From assembly GCA_030390025.1 (NCBI GenBank), contig CM059432.1, positions 102,426,001 through 102,490,000 of the forward strand: a stretch of DNA of 64,000 nucleotides, given 5' to 3'. Of the stretch, positions 46,290-60,211 are shown in pieces. This DNA comes from Squalus acanthias. Taxonomy: Eukaryota. The translations under genes were made by a program, and so were the position numbers. The notes below the pieces were generated by a model. That model had not been told where the DNA came from. It was given only the letters and a program-made list of their open reading frames with translations, and ran no database searches. The stretch's first letter is position 1. Every line of letters starts with the position of its first letter.

Positions 46290-48012
46290 CATCATAGAAT
46301 CATAGAATCATAGAAAGTTACAGCACGGAAGGAAGCCATTTTGGCCCATTGTATCCGCGCCGGCCGACAAAGAGCTATCCAACCTAATCCCACTTCCCAG
46401 CTCTTGGTCCGTAGCCCTGCAGGTTAGAGCATCCCAAGTGCACATCCAAGTACTTTTTAAATGTGGTTAGGGTTCCTGCCTCTAACACCCTTTCAGGCAG
46501 TGAGTTCCAGACCCCCACAACCCTCTGGGTGAAGAAATTTCCCCTCAAATCCCCTCTAAACCTTCCACCAATTACTTTAAATCTGTGCCCCCTGGTTTTT
46601 GACCCCTCTGCTAAGGGAAATAGGTCCTTTCTATCCACTTTATCTATGCCCCTCATAATTTTATGCACCTCAATAAAGTCTCCCCTCAGCCTCCTCTGTT
46701 CCAAGGAAAATAGACCCAGCCTATCCAATCTTTCCTCATAGCTAAGATTCTCTACTCCCGGCAACATCCTTGTAAATCTCCTCTGTATCCTCTCTAGTGC
46801 AATCACATCTTTCCTGTAATGTGCTGACCAGAACTGCACGCAGTACTCTAGCTGAGGCCTAACTAGTGTTTTATACAGTTGAAGCATAACCCCCCTGCTC
46901 TTGTATTCTATGCCACGGCTAATAAAGGCAAGCGTTCCTTATGCCTTCTTAACCACCTTATCTACCTGGCCTGCTACCTTCAGGGATCTGTGGACATGCA
47001 CTCCAAGGTCCCTTTGTTCCTCTACACTACTCAGTGTCCTACCATTTAATGTGTATTCCCTTTCCTTGTTAGTCCTCCCCAAATGCATTACCTCACACTT
47101 CTCCGGATTGAATTCCATTTGCCACTGTTTTGCCCACCTGACCAATTTATTGATATCTTCCTGCAGTCTACAGCTTCCTTTTTCAGTATCAACCACACAG
47201 CCGATTTTAGTATCATCTGCAAACTTCCTAATCATACCTCCTATATTCAAGTCTAGATCATTGATATATACCACAAAAAGCAAGGGACCTAGTACTGAGT
47301 CCTGCGGAACCCCACTGAAAACAGCCTTCCAATCACAAAAACACCCATCAATCATTACCCTCTGCTTCCTGTCTCCGAGCCAGCTTTGAATCCAACTTGA
47401 CACTTTGTCCTGGATCCCATGGGCTTTTAACTTCGTGACCAGTCTGCCATGTGGAACCTTATCAAAAGCCTTGCTAAAGTCCATACACACTACATCAAAC
47501 GCACTACCCTCATCTACCCTCCTTGTTACCTCCTCAAAAAATTCAATCAAGTTTGTCAGACATGACCTTCCCTTAACAAATTCATGCTGACTATCCTTGA
47601 TTAATCTGTGTCTTTCTAAATGAAAATTTATCCTGTCCTTCAGAATTCTTTCCAATAACTTTACCACCACCGAGGTTAGGCTGACTGGCCTGTAATTACT
47701 CGGTCTATCCTTTTCTCCCTTTTTAAACAAGGGTACCACATTAGCAGTCCTCCAGTCATCCGGCACCACACCTGAAGCCAGAGAGGATTGGAAAATGATG
47801 GTCAGGGCCTCTGCTATTTCCTCTTTTGCTTCGCTTAACAGCCTGGGATACATTTCATCCGGGCCTGGGGATTTATCCACTTTTAAAGCTGCTAAACCCC
47901 TTAATACTTCCTCTCTCACTATGTTTATTTCATCTAATATTTCACACTCCTCCCCCCTGATACCAATGTCTGCTTCGACCCTCTCCTTTGTGAAAATAGA
48001 CGCAAAGTATTA
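46290..48012 (-). mobile_element. 5'-truncated CR1 LINE
   Basis: KSPGPD, NYRPVSLTS, DFSKAFDKVPH, KFADD, RPQLEYCVQFWS; tail (ttctatga)n. Confidence 0.95.
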
Positions 48013-48079
48013 ATTAAGAATCCTATCGACGTCTCCTAAAATGAAACAGAACTGTTTGTATTGTAAAAGAGTAAATCAA

Positions 48080-48570
48080 GTTAGAGGGGTGTAAATTTGT
48101 TTCAGCCCATTTTCGGGAGTGTGCGCCAGATGCCAGAGGTCCAAAGTTCACCCGAAATTGGACCTCGGGCCTCATCAGCATATTGCTAGCGAGCTGTGGA
48201 CGGCAATCAGGCATTCAAAGGCATCTCACCGGTTCCACAAGGCCGAAGCTGGGCCAGCTGTCTTCTCAACAGTGATTTTCGGGTAGGTCCTGGGGGGTGG
48301 GGGGGGTGGGGGGGGGCGGAGGGGGGAGGTAACCAGGAGGGAGTGAGGCAGTAATCAGGAGGAGGGAGGGGGTGATCAGGAATGGGGTGATCGGGAGAAG
48401 AGGAGTGCAGTGATCAGGATGTGAGGGAGGCGATCGAGAGAGAGAGGGGCTATCAAGAGGAAGGGAGGCGATCGGGGGAAAGTGGGGTGATCAGGAAGGT
48501 GGGGGAGGTAAGTAAAATTTTAAAACTTACCTTTTACGCCTGTAAAACAGGCGCAGCGTCAATGAATTTC
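48080..48570. mobile_element. Probable MITE / DNA-transposon remnant with G-rich gatc(a/g)gg repeats
   Basis: Starts aggggtgtaaattt; G-runs and repeated gtgatcagg; aacttacct motif as in other MITEs; termini unresolved. Confidence 0.35.
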
Positions 48571-49104
48571 AAGGACAAATTATTTATTTTACACTAAAAT
48601 AAAATGGCCCACAAATCAAAGGTGTCCAAAGTCTTCGAGCATCATTATATGTAACTTAACTGTTTCAAGTACAGTAATGCAGAAACTGTATGAGCTAATT
48701 AAGCATGTGTTCAAAACTGAAGCAGTGTACAGTACAGAGTGTTTTGAGGGACAAACACAGCCACATTGCTCAGTCAGCCAAAGGAAATTAAAGAAAAAAG
48801 ACTTGCATTTATATCGCCAGGGCCAATTTCCCTTTTCAGCCAGGAAACATTTATTTTCTAGGTGCTGAGGACAAATTGGCAGAGACCCAATGATGCAAGC
48901 TGTCATTCCCCTTGCATTGCCCAGGCATTTCCTGGAAATCCTCTGAGGAGCTGGGCAGAACGCTTGTGCCTACAGCAGGCACAAGCAAGGAAAACCCACA
49001 CTGATGAGATAGGAGTGAGATTACGTCACCTCGTTTAACTTGCTACACATGGGGTGGCTGACTATTTGGAGGTATCCTAACAGCAAGTGGGCCTTATGGA
49101 TATG

Positions 49105-49400
49105 AAAGTGTAGTGGTTACAGTACTGGACTAGCTACCCAATGGTCATGAGTTCAAATACCACCATGTCAAATTGTGAAATTCACTTCCATACATCTGCT
49201 AATTGTGAGATAGCAGTAGAAAAATTGCCTTGAAAGCTGCTAGATTGTTATAAAAAAAAACCTTCAGGGAATGGAACCTGCTACACCAGCCTTTCTAAAG
49301 TGGTCTAGTAAGCCATTCAGTTATCAAAACAATTGCTTTACAACTAAGAATGGGCAATAAAAGCAGCCTTGTGAGCATTGCCTACATTCTGAGAAGAAAT
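49105..49400 (+). mobile_element. Diverged tRNA-derived SINE
   Basis: tagtggttacagtactggactagc..gagttcaaatacc; ttcagggaatggaacctgc; tail gggcaataaaagcagcc. Confidence 0.7.
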
Positions 49401-50429
49401 AAAACAAGGGCTTGCGTTTGGGTAGGGAACAAGATGATGGAGGCCAAAAACAGTCCAGTGGCTTTTTTTGCCAGGTGCGGCGCTGGGTCTTTGGGGCTGA
49501 AGGCCTTACGGCTTCTCTTTTTGGACAGCAGCCAGAAGGCCCCACAATTGGCAGCCAATATTACTGCTGCAGGTCTCTCAGACATGTAGCAACATTTGAC
49601 ATTCCTCCCAAGTTCCCAGGCACAAGGCCCTGCCAGAGGACAAGCCTGTGCCAGGGGACTAACTGGCTTATTAAAATGAACTGAACCCAGAAATACAGGT
49701 GGTTTCAGGTCATGTCAGGCAGATCCCACTTTGGGTGCACTCTACCCGTCTAGCAACCAGACAGGGAGGGGAGGAACTCAGACCAGTCATGTCTCTCAGA
49801 AATAAGTGCTTCCCAAACAAATAACTACTTTGGAGCAAAGTAGCTATTGTCATGTAAGCAAACTTCACTGCCATTTTGCATGCAGCAAGATCCCACAAAC
49901 AGTAATGAAATAAATGACCAGTTAACCTGTTGATGATGATGATGGTTAAGGGAGAAATCTTAGCTAAGACACTTCAATATTCTAGTCAAGGGAGCCAACT
50001 CACCTTTAGCTTTTTCCCATTTTGGCAAGAGTTATGTGGCTAGATTTTCCTCATCAGTGGATTTACCACTGGAAGTGCACTGTTCTTAAACTTGCTGGTT
50101 TTCTACCACTGAAAACCTGTCCAAATTCCCACAATGTGTCTTTACTATATATTCATAGTAGATTGCAGCTGCTATTAGTTCCTCTAGAGGCAGCATGACT
50201 TGGGGGCTGGATGAGGAAAATCTAGAGCTGCTGCAGCACCGGTAATGGTTAAGGCAGCCATTTTGTTTCTATAGCAATGTGACTGAGTGCAATGTCTGAG
50301 GCTGGTAGTTCTTCAGGGCACTGAGCCCACATACTTAAAGACACCTCATTTGAGGTATTACTGCCTGTAATCTAGTGAAGGAAGACCCAGCTTTTAGGCT
50401 CTGAGGGAAGGAGGCCTGCTGGCATGCTG

Positions 50430-50650
50430 CTTTTTTTATTTGTTCTTCCAATGCGGGCAATGCGGCATTAATTGACCATTGCTGGTTGACTTGAGAAGGT
50501 GGTGGGCCTTCTCCTTGAACTGTTGCAGTCCTTCTGGTGATGATGTTCCATAATGGAACAGTGATAAATGTCCAAGTCAGGTTAATGTGTGACTTGGAGA
50601 GAAACTTGGAGGTGATGGTGTTCCCATGATATTGCTGCTCTTGTCTTTCT
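50430..50650 (-). mobile_element. 3' end fragment of the LINE family that shares its tail with the SINEs
   Basis: Minus strand GNTITSKFLSKSHINLTW and gttcaaggagaaggcccaccaccttctcaag, similar to the 3370-3404 tail. Confidence 0.6.
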
Positions 50651-51970
50651 TGGTGGTATAGGTTGCGAGGGAGGGAGTTCTCATTTGGCAGTGCACTCTT
50701 GGCAGTACACACCCACTACCACTAAGACAGTCTTCACTCACATCTTTACCTATCATACTCTTACTCTCAGCATCTGGGTGTCAGGGAATTTCTGCAAAGG
50801 GCAACCTCAGCAAACAGTCAAGCACCTTCTTTCCTCAAAATTACTTTGCCAAGCCACAAATTGGCAGGATGTGGCTACCAGTTTACTCAGGGGTCTATGT
50901 TGGGACCTTTTATTTCCCATTCATTAAATGATTTGGGCATAGGCTACTGCCACATGGGCTACTGGTAGTCTTCAAGGGTATTGATTTAAATGGACAATGT
51001 TTCTCCACATCTCATCATCATGGAATACATGCACACATAGAGGGAAAGTGTCTATGCCACTCGCATATCCTTAGCATTGTCTTCTCTCTCGCCAGTATCA
51101 AAGAAATACAACCGAGGGAGGAGCAGCAATACTCAAAACTATACCGTGCGCACACATGAAGAGGAGGCACTGCACATCATGGCAGACAGACAGGAAAAGC
51201 TGTGGGAGAAGACAAGGTTGGAGGTGAGGTGGCAACAGAAGGTGGTAAAAGCTGGGAAATGCTTATCACAGGTAGAAATGTGCTTATGCTCAGCAATCAT
51301 TTTTAGTGGAAGGTGTCCACTACCACATCTGCAACATATTGCAGGAAGTTTCCCATTACCTGCAGAAAACCCTGGAGACTGTGACATCCCAGGATATTTC
51401 TGTAGCATCAAGACATTAGGAACAGCATCTAAGGACATTGTTGGCTTCTGGAGTGGTCACTACCAATGCTTCAACAGATGCTTTGAGGGTCAGCCTGAAC
51501 ACCCCATTTGTAAAGTGTTTCCATGACCTGTCTGGGACTATTCAGTCTGTACTAACATTGGCCAGTAGCAGCCCGAGCCTCTGCCCAGCAATAGTGGGCT
51601 GCAAGGGTGTCACTGTCTCTCCAGAGTAGCATTGAGGCTGCTTTCTTGAGGCTCCCTCCAATGTCTACATGTGACGGAGCTTCAGACATGGCCCTGGAAT
51701 CCCTTACCAGTGTAAAAAATCCTGCCAGTAGCTGATCCCTTTCAGACAGCTGCTTCCTTGAGACAAGAGCCACCTCAAGCCTCTGAGGCTCCAAAGACCA
51801 GCCGAGCCATCCATTTCTCAACCTCATTTTATGGAGTGAGCATTTTGTAGGAGATTAAGAGCATAGAAAAGGAAGTTGACTGTCACAAAGGATAGACATG
51901 ATGTTAAGGAATAGTTGTAAATAGGGTGACTGAAATTTTTTGTACTATTTGGTGATTTAGAGAATATATT

Positions 51971-52732
51971 GGCCCAGAAATTAAACATGGATGGTTCCCG
52001 CGGGGGTAAGGATTCCCCGCGATATCGCACTCTGCGCCTACCTTTTTGCTCCGGGCCCACACGAACTTTAGTTTCAAAGCCTCTCTCTGTTGCAACCGTG
52101 CAGTGCTTGCGTGTCCCAGAGGCGCAATTAGTTCGTGCGAGCTCTGGGATCACGTGATTCAGTTAGAGCCAATGGCAGCACACCATCTTTCATTCATAGT
52201 TTTAACAGCAAGGGCTGTCAAAGCTATGAATACTACAAACCCCCAAAAGAACAGCTAAACCTCAATTAAATTTAAAAAAAGCCATCTCATTAATAAAATA
52301 AGTATAGTTAAATAAATTAACCACTTTAAACAAAAAATTAAATTTTTGAAAAAATTTAAAATCTTTTTAAAAGTTATAAAAATAAACTTACCTTTCTTTA
52401 AAGTCTCTAAAAAAGATAAACCTGTTGAAATTTTTTTTAAATAACACTTAATTAACTACTTACCTTGTTAAAAGGGGGTCCTACGCCTGCTTTCTTTATG
52501 TGTAAAATCTTCACCACTTACCTGCGTGTTCAAAGCTGAAAAAAAAACTAAGTGCACTGCGTGCGCGCAGCCTGTAGTGCACACGCGGTTCACTTAGGAA
52601 CCGCCCCCTTTTCAACTCACGAAGTGCCGGTTTCCGCGCATGCGCAGTGCATGCAGGAAACCAGCAATTCGGGATCTAATACGCGAGAGTACACAGTGCG
52701 TACTCTCACGTATTAGGTTTAATTTTCGGGCC
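51971..52732. mobile_element. Harbinger-type MITE, family M1 copy 3 (more divergent)
   Basis: TIR ggcccagaaattaaac / gtttaattttcgggcc; flanks ATT/AAT; internal blocks colinear with copies 1 and 2. Confidence 0.88.
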
Positions 52733-52749
52733 AATGTGTGAAATACACC

Positions 52750-54620
52750 CAACTTACAAAGTATTACAAAGTATTCACAGCACAGAAACAGGCCATTCGG
52801 CCCAACAGGTCCACGTTTATGCTCCACACGAGCCTCTTCCCACCCCTCTTCATCTAACCCCATCAGCTTCTTTTCTTTCCCCCTCGTGTGGTTATCTAGT
52901 TTCCCATTGAATGCATCTATGCTATTCGCCTCAAGTACTCCCTGTGGTAGCATGTTCCACATTCTAACCACTTTCTGGGTAAAGCAGTTTCTCCTGAATT
53001 CCCTACTAGATTTATTGATGACTATCATATATTTATGGCCCCTAGTTCTGGTCTTGCCCGCAAGTGAAAACATCTTCTCTATGTTTACCCTATCAAACCC
53101 TTTCATAATCTTGAAGACCTCTATCAGATCTCTCCTCAGTCTTCTCTAAATCTTTTTTGTACCTTCTCCAGTGCCTCTAGATCCTTTTTATAATATGGAG
53201 ACCAGAACTGTTCACAATACTCCAAGTGTGGTCTAACCAAGGTTCTGTACAAGTTTAACGTAACTTCTCTGCTTTACAATTCTATACCTCTAGAAATGAC
53301 CTCAGTGCTTTGTTTGCTTTTTTGTTGCCTTATTAACCTGTGTCGCTACTTTTAGTGATCTGTGTATCTGTACCCTCAAATCTCTCTGTTTCTCTACCCC
53401 ACTTAGACACTTATTTTCCAAGGAGTAGGTGGCCTCCTTATTCTGCCTACCAAAATGTACTACCTCAAACTTATCTATATTGAAGTTAAATTGCCAATTA
53501 CATGCCCACTCTGCAAGTTTATTAATATCTTCCTGTATTTTGTCATAGTCCTCCTCTGTATCAACTGCACCACCCAATTGGTGTCATCTGCAAATTTTTA
53601 AATTTTACTTCCGATTCCCGAGTCCAAATTATTTATGTAAATTGTGAACAACAGTGGTCCCAGCAGCAATCCTTGTGGAATATCACTTCTCACCATTTGC
53701 CAATCTAAGTAACGACCTTTAACCCCTACTCTCTGTTTTCTGTTTTGTAGCCAGATTGTTATCCATTCTGCTACTTTCCCCTGACTCCACATGTTCTCAC
53801 CTTAAACATGAGTCAACTATGCGGTACCTTATCGAAGGCTTTTTGGAAATCCAAATATATTACATCCACTACATTACCCTTATCTACCCTTTCTGTTACT
53901 TCTTCAAAACATTCAATAATGTTGGTCAAGCATGACCTTCCCTTTTGGAATCAGTGCTGACTATTCTTTATTATATTTTCAGTTTCTAGATGTTTTTCTA
54001 TTACATCTTTGATTAAGGATTCCATTATCTTTCCTACCACTGATGTTAAGATAATTGGCCTATAGTTCCTTGGGCTTGTTCTATCTCCCTTTTTATATAT
54101 AGGACTAACATTTGCTGTCTGCCAGTCCTCTGGCACTATTCCCTTTTCTAATGAATTTTTATATATATGTAATAGTGCCTCTGCTATCTCTTCCAAAACT
54201 TCTTTTAATATGTGCGGATGCAACCCATCCGGACCACGGGTTTTATTCTCTCTAAGTTTGATTAGTTTATGAATTATCTCCCTCCTTTCCATCTTAAATC
54301 TCTTTTTCTAATGTCATGTCCACCATGTTAGTTTCCCTGGTAAATACCGACGCAAAGTAATTATTTATGTTATTACCTGTGAGTTTATCGTGTGTATCCA
54401 TTAGTAGCCCTATCCCTATCCTGATTTTTCTTTCATTATTTATGTGTCTGTAGAATAGTTTACTATTTCTTTTTATATTCCTTGATAATTTAATTTTATA
54501 GTTTCTCTTTGCCTTCCTAATAGTTTTTCTGACTTCTTTCCTAACCTTTTTGTATTCCATTTTGTCAGCCTATCCTTTGTTGTCTATGTACTTAGTGTAT
54601 GCCTTTTTCTTTAGTTTCAT
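52750..54620 (-). mobile_element. Old CR1 LINE, degenerate
   Basis: NSKLFYRHIN, GPDGLHP, NYRPIILTSVVGK, IPQGLLLGPLLF, RTRGHKY..VVRMWNMLP. Confidence 0.9.
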
Positions 54621-54629
54621 GCTGTCGGC

Positions 54630-55400
54630 CTCATTGTATCTGTTGTCCTCCTCTGTCTGTGAAAGCCTTACTGGAATCATCAGCCATGAATGCAGGGGAT
54701 AGTTCTGATCACCAATCAACTATCCATATACATGGCTCCAAGTCATGAGGGTCGATATCGTGAACTGTTGCATGATGAATTTGTTATGACAGCTTCTCGG
54801 TTATGTGGCATTGACAAGCAGCAATGATTGGCTTTGCACACTAGCTGAACATTAATGGAATGAAAACCTTTCCTATTCATAAAATTGAAGGGTTTGTCAT
54901 ATTGGGCTTTGAGTGCAACACACATTCCATCAATTGCTCCTTGAAACTTGCCAATCTGTAGAAGTGGATAGCTGTCTCTCTTTGTTTGGCTGCTTCCTTT
55001 GAATTGTGCAGCTCTCCCAAATAGACCATCAGTGACCATTTTGATGTAGTGATGAGCAGCTGCCTGATTCTGTGACAAAGATCATTTTATGCTGCCTAGA
55101 AGGATCCAGACACAAAGAAATTCAAGGCAGTGATGACCTTGACTGGTACAGACAATGCTGTTTTCCTGGTGGAAGTGGGTGGTAGGTATTCCACAGCAGT
55201 TGACATGTTTCCCCAGTGTTCTTCTGAGGGGAAGTGCAGCTTTGTGAAGCACTGGCAGTCAGAAAAGTCTCAGGAAGACCTTCTCGGTCTTTAGACCCTG
55301 GTAAGTGGAACAAACATGTAGGGAAGATGTGCCTTCTGTGAAGCCTGGTTCTAAAAGCCTCTTTCATGTCCTCCATCCTCTTTCTCTTCATAACATAAGA
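54630..55400 (-). pseudogene. Old Harbinger transposase remnant
   Basis: QGAIDGMCVAL..FMNRKGFHSINVQLVC. Confidence 0.8.
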
Positions 55401-56753
55401 ATAGAGGGATTCCCGTTGGGAAATCCAGGTCCCCAGTGCAAAGCAGTACTTTGTGCAGCGCTGAGTGAAACTAGCAGCAAAAGCCCTGACTGACGCTTTA
55501 ATGATCGATATGCAAATAAAGTAACACCAACCTTCAGCAATATAGAAAATTATCTCCTTACTGTGGTATCTGATTCAGGGATACCTTCCTGCAGCTCCTA
55601 TCGCCATTTATATAGTGGTAGTAATTATTTCGTGGAAATGGGTTAGAAGGGTTATCCATGTCCTCTTGATAAAATTTACATGAGGTGGAATGGGCTATTA
55701 TTGGGCCTTAAAGGGGATTGGTACTTTTTTGTTGGATAATTCAGGTGCAGATTTTTTGCAGCAGATATGAGGTGGTAGTTTTGAAAGGTAAAGCAGCAGC
55801 AAAATCTGTTTTTAACTGTCATCCCACACCTAAAGTAAAAATAAAGCATTCACCTGGTTGTAGTAATGATGACCCAACAGCTGAGAATCTAACTTTCTAA
55901 GTTTGTTTTGTATAAGCTCATGCATGGGATGTCTTATTTGAAAAGGGAGCAACATTAATTCATGTCTTAAAAACTAATGCTTTTAGCAAATAATCATGCC
56001 ATCTTTTTGGCTTTTGATGGAATTTTTATAATATTCAAATTAGAGTTGTCCATTGATGTAAGGCCATTATCAGACAACATGAGCCATTATTAATTCAGGT
56101 GGCATTTGTCCATTCTTTGCTGTACTTTTAAAGCAATCAATAATATGGATATAAGCATTGGTTAGCCGCATGTGCATGAATAAAATGTCTCTTAAGCACT
56201 TACCGATCATTGCTTGGAACAGCTCATCCTTGGGGGATAGTAATGGATGAATAAATGCAGATTCCTATTATTTTTTGAATGCTTTTAGTGACTAAGCATA
56301 AAAATATCCTAATGTCATGACTTTTTGCTTTTTGTGGGGTATTGTAACTGCTATCATAAGTACGCTCTCTGCTATTACTGGAACCCAGGTAAGGCATTAT
56401 ACATTATACAATGCATTATCCAGAGTCACCAGGGTACCCACATTGCTAATATGAAGCTTATTTTGTTCCATATTGGACACACATAAAGGAAATAAGCTTC
56501 ACCTTAGCAATTTTCCAGATGGGTAAAATGCTAACCTCATGATTGCATGATGATTTTATAGGTGGCCATGATGTCGAAAGCTTTCACTACAAACATTATA
56601 AATAATACAAATATAAAAATGGATTGTAAAAGCTTCTATAGGTATGTGAAAAGGAAAAGACTGGTGAAGGTAAATGTAGGACCTTTACAGTCAGAGATGG
56701 GAGAATTTATAATGGGGAATAAGGAAATGGCAGAAAAATTAAATAAATACTTT

Positions 56754-57588
56754 GGGCTGGATTTTCCAAGCCCCGAGGAGGCGGGCATGGAGGCGGGACG
56801 GCCGGTAAATTCAGAGAAAGTGGGGGCGGATGGCAAACCCACCCCCATCCCGCCTATGTGCCCTTTTGCCAGGAGGCGGGATGCTGTGCAGCTTCAGGTC
56901 CCGTCTCCTGGAGGCGGGAAAGGCATTTAATCCTTTTAACTGCCTGTTAACAGGTAGTTAACAAGCAGAAAAAAGGATTAGTGCCATTTTACCTTCACAG
57001 GTGAAGGCTTCCCGACCTCAGAGAACCCCGCCGGGTTGGAGGAGATGTGGAAGAGGTCTGTGGCGGTCAGAGGCACCGAGAAGTAAGGTGTAGAGGTGAG
57101 TGATGGGAGTGGTAAGTATGTAAAGTGAATGATAAGTTTAAAAAAGTGTGCACTTACCTTGTTTTCTTTCTACAGCCTTTAGCCGCGCTGGATGGAGAGA
57201 ACCGACATTCTCCTTGTCAATTTCACATAATGGCTGTTGGATCCTCCGACCTTACAGACATGTGAAATTTACAAAGCTGAAAGGTTTGATGAGTCATCAC
57301 CACAAAGCCTCATCAAACTAAAGAGAATGGCAGTGTATGATAGCTTCACAGAGCTGTCAAACGCTGTCATTTCTTCTTTGAAGAAGTCTTGACAGATAGC
57401 ATGTCTGACGTTGACGTGATCTGTCAGTGATTTCCTTCCTAATTGGCCTGCTGAGCTCGCAGGGCGGGCTTAACAAGCTCAATCAGGGGAAAATCCCTCT
57501 GATTGGTCAGGCAAGGATGGAGGTGGGACATTGAAGCGACAAGCAGCAGTCCCGCCTCCAACTCACCTCCATTCACAAAATCCAGCCC
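56754..57588. mobile_element. Harbinger-type MITE, second family
   Basis: 12-bp perfect TIR gggctggatttt / aaaatccagccc, TSD TTT/TTT. Confidence 0.92.
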
Positions 57589-57611
57589 TTTGTTTCTGTC
57601 TTCACGGAGGA

Positions 57612-59462
57612 ACATAAAAACTGACTGTAAAAGCTTTTATAGATATGTGAAGAGAAAAAAGATTGGTGAAATCAAGCGTAGGTCCCTTGCAGTCAGAATC
57701 AGGGGAATTTATAATGGGGAACAAAGAAATGGCTGACCAATTAAATACATACTTTGGTTCTGTCTTCACAAAGGAGGACACAAATAACCTCCCAGAGATG
57801 TTGGGGAACATAGGGTCTAATGAGAGGGAGGAACTTAAAGAAATCAGTATTTGTAGGGAAATAGTGTTAGGCAAATTGACGGGATTGAAGGCCGATAAAT
57901 CCCCAGGGCTTGATAATCTACATCCTAGGGTACTTAAGGAAGTGGCCCTAGAAATAGTAGATGCATTGCTGGTCATCTTCCAAAATTCGATAGACTCTGG
58001 AACAGTTCCCATGGATTGGAGGGTAGCTAATGTTACCCCACTATTCAAAAAAGGTGGGAGAGAGAAAATGGGGAATTATAGACCGGTAAGCCTGACATCG
58101 GTAGTGGGGAAAATGCTAGGGTCCATTATAAAAGATGTAATAGCAGAGCACTTGGAAAACAGTGACAGGCTTGGACAAAGTCAACAAAAGGTAAATCACG
58201 CTTGACTAATCTACTGGAATTTTTTGAGGATGTAACTGGTAAAATAGATAAGGGAGAACCAGTGGATGTGGTGTATTTGGACTTTCAGAAGGCTTTCGAT
58301 AAGGTCCCGCATAAGAGATTAGCGTGTAAAGTTAAGGCACATGGGTATGGGGGCAAGATATTGACTTGGATAGAGAACTGGTTGGCAGACAGAAAGCAAA
58401 GAGTTGGAATAAATGGGTCTTTTTCTGAGTGGCAGGAAGTGACTAGTGGGGTACCGCAGGGATCGGTCCTAGGACCCCAGCTATTCACAATATATATTAA
58501 TGATCTAGATGAGGGAATTGGATGTAATATCTCCAAGTTTGCAGACGACACAAAGCTGGGTGGGAGTGTGTGCCATGAGGAGGATGCTGAGAAACTCCAG
58601 TATGATTTGGACAGGTTGGGTGATTGGGCAGAAGCATGGCAGATGCAATATAATGTGGATAAATGCGAGGTTATCCACTTTGGTGTCAAAAACAGGAAGG
58701 CAGATTATTATCTGAATGGCAATTGATTGGGAGAAGGGGAAGTGCAACGAGACCTGGGTGTCCTTGTGCACTAGTTGCTGAAGGTAAGCACGCAGGTGCA
58801 GCAGGCGCTTAAGAAGGCAAATGGTATGTTGGCCTTCGTAGTGAAAGGGTTCGAGTACAGGAACAAGGATGTCTTGCTGCAGTTGTACAGGGCCTTGGTG
58901 AGACCACATCTTGAGTATTGTGTGCAGTTTTAGTCGCCTTATCTGAGGAAGGATGTTCTTGCCATGCAGGGAGTGCAGCGAAGATTCACCAGGCTGATAC
59001 CTGGGATGGCAGGAATGACGTATGAGGAGAGATTGGGTCGATTGGGATTATACTAGCTGGAGGTTAGAAGAATGAGAGGGGATCTCATTGAAACTTATAA
59101 AATTCTAACAGGACTAGACAGACTAGATGCAGGAAGGATGTTCCCGATGGCCGGGGAGTCCAGAACCAGGGGTCACAGTCTAAGGATAAGGGGTAAGCCA
59201 TTTAGGACTGAGATGAGGAGAAATTTCTTCACCCAGAGAGTGGTGAACCTGTGGAATTCTCTACCACAGAAGGCAGTAGAGGCCAATTCATTAAATATAT
59301 TCAAGAAGGAGTTAGATATATTTCTTAAAGCTAAAGGGATCAAGGGATATGGGGAGAAGGCAGGGACAGGGTACTGAATTTGGATGATCAGCCATGATCT
59401 CATTGAATGGCGGAGCAGGCTCGAGGGGCTGAATGGCCTACTCCTGCTCCTATCTTCCATGT
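57612..59462 (+). mobile_element. 5'-truncated CR1 LINE nested in an older CR1
   Basis: RT ORF pieces 57663-58726 and 59072-59377, then 3' UTR gatcagccatgatc..cctactcctgctcctat. Confidence 0.93.
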
Positions 59463-60211
59463 AAGACACAAAAAACCTCCCAGAAATACGAGAAAATCAA
59501 GGGTGTGGCGAGAATGAGGAACTTAAAGAAATTATTATTAGTAAAAAAACAGTACTAGCAAATTTAATGGGACTATAAGTCTATAAATCCCAAGGACCGG
59601 ATGATCTACATCCTAGGGTTTTGAAAGAGGTGGCCATTGGGATAGTGGATGCATTGGTTGTCATCTTCCAAAATTCTGTAGATTCTGGAATGGTTCCTGC
59701 AGATTGGAGGACAGCAAATGTAACCCAGCTATTTATGAAAGGAGGGAGAGAGAAAATGGGGAACTACACACCTGTTAGCCTCACATCAGTAGTTGGGAAA
59801 ATGCTGGAATCTATTATAAAGGATGCAATAACTGGGCTCTTACAAACTAATAGTAAGATTGGGTAGAGTCAACATGGATTTATGAAAGGGAAATCCTGTT
59901 TGACAAAACTATTGGAGTTCTTTGAGGATGTAACTAGTGGAGTAGACAAAGGGGAACCAATAGATGTGGTGTATTTGGATTTTCAGAAGGCCTTCAATAA
60001 GGTCCCGCACAAGAGATTGGTGAACAAAATTAGGGCACATGGAATTGGGGGTAATATACTAGCATGGATTGAGAATTGGTTAACAGACAGAAAAAAAAGT
60101 ACATATAAGTGTTTTATGTGATTTAGTGTTTTTCTGATATTAGTTCACTGTGATCATTTGATTTGGCTGTTATTTTAAAAGTTGCATGCAATTGGAATTC
60201 TCAGGGCCAAT

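Larger units (their letters stand above)
56605..60095 (+). mobile_element. Older CR1 fragment (56605-56753, 57589-57611, 59463-60095) split by a MITE and a younger CR1
   Basis: NIKMDCKSFYRYVKRK..LNKYF|VSVFTE|EDTKNLPEI.. is continuous once the inserts are removed. Confidence 0.88.
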
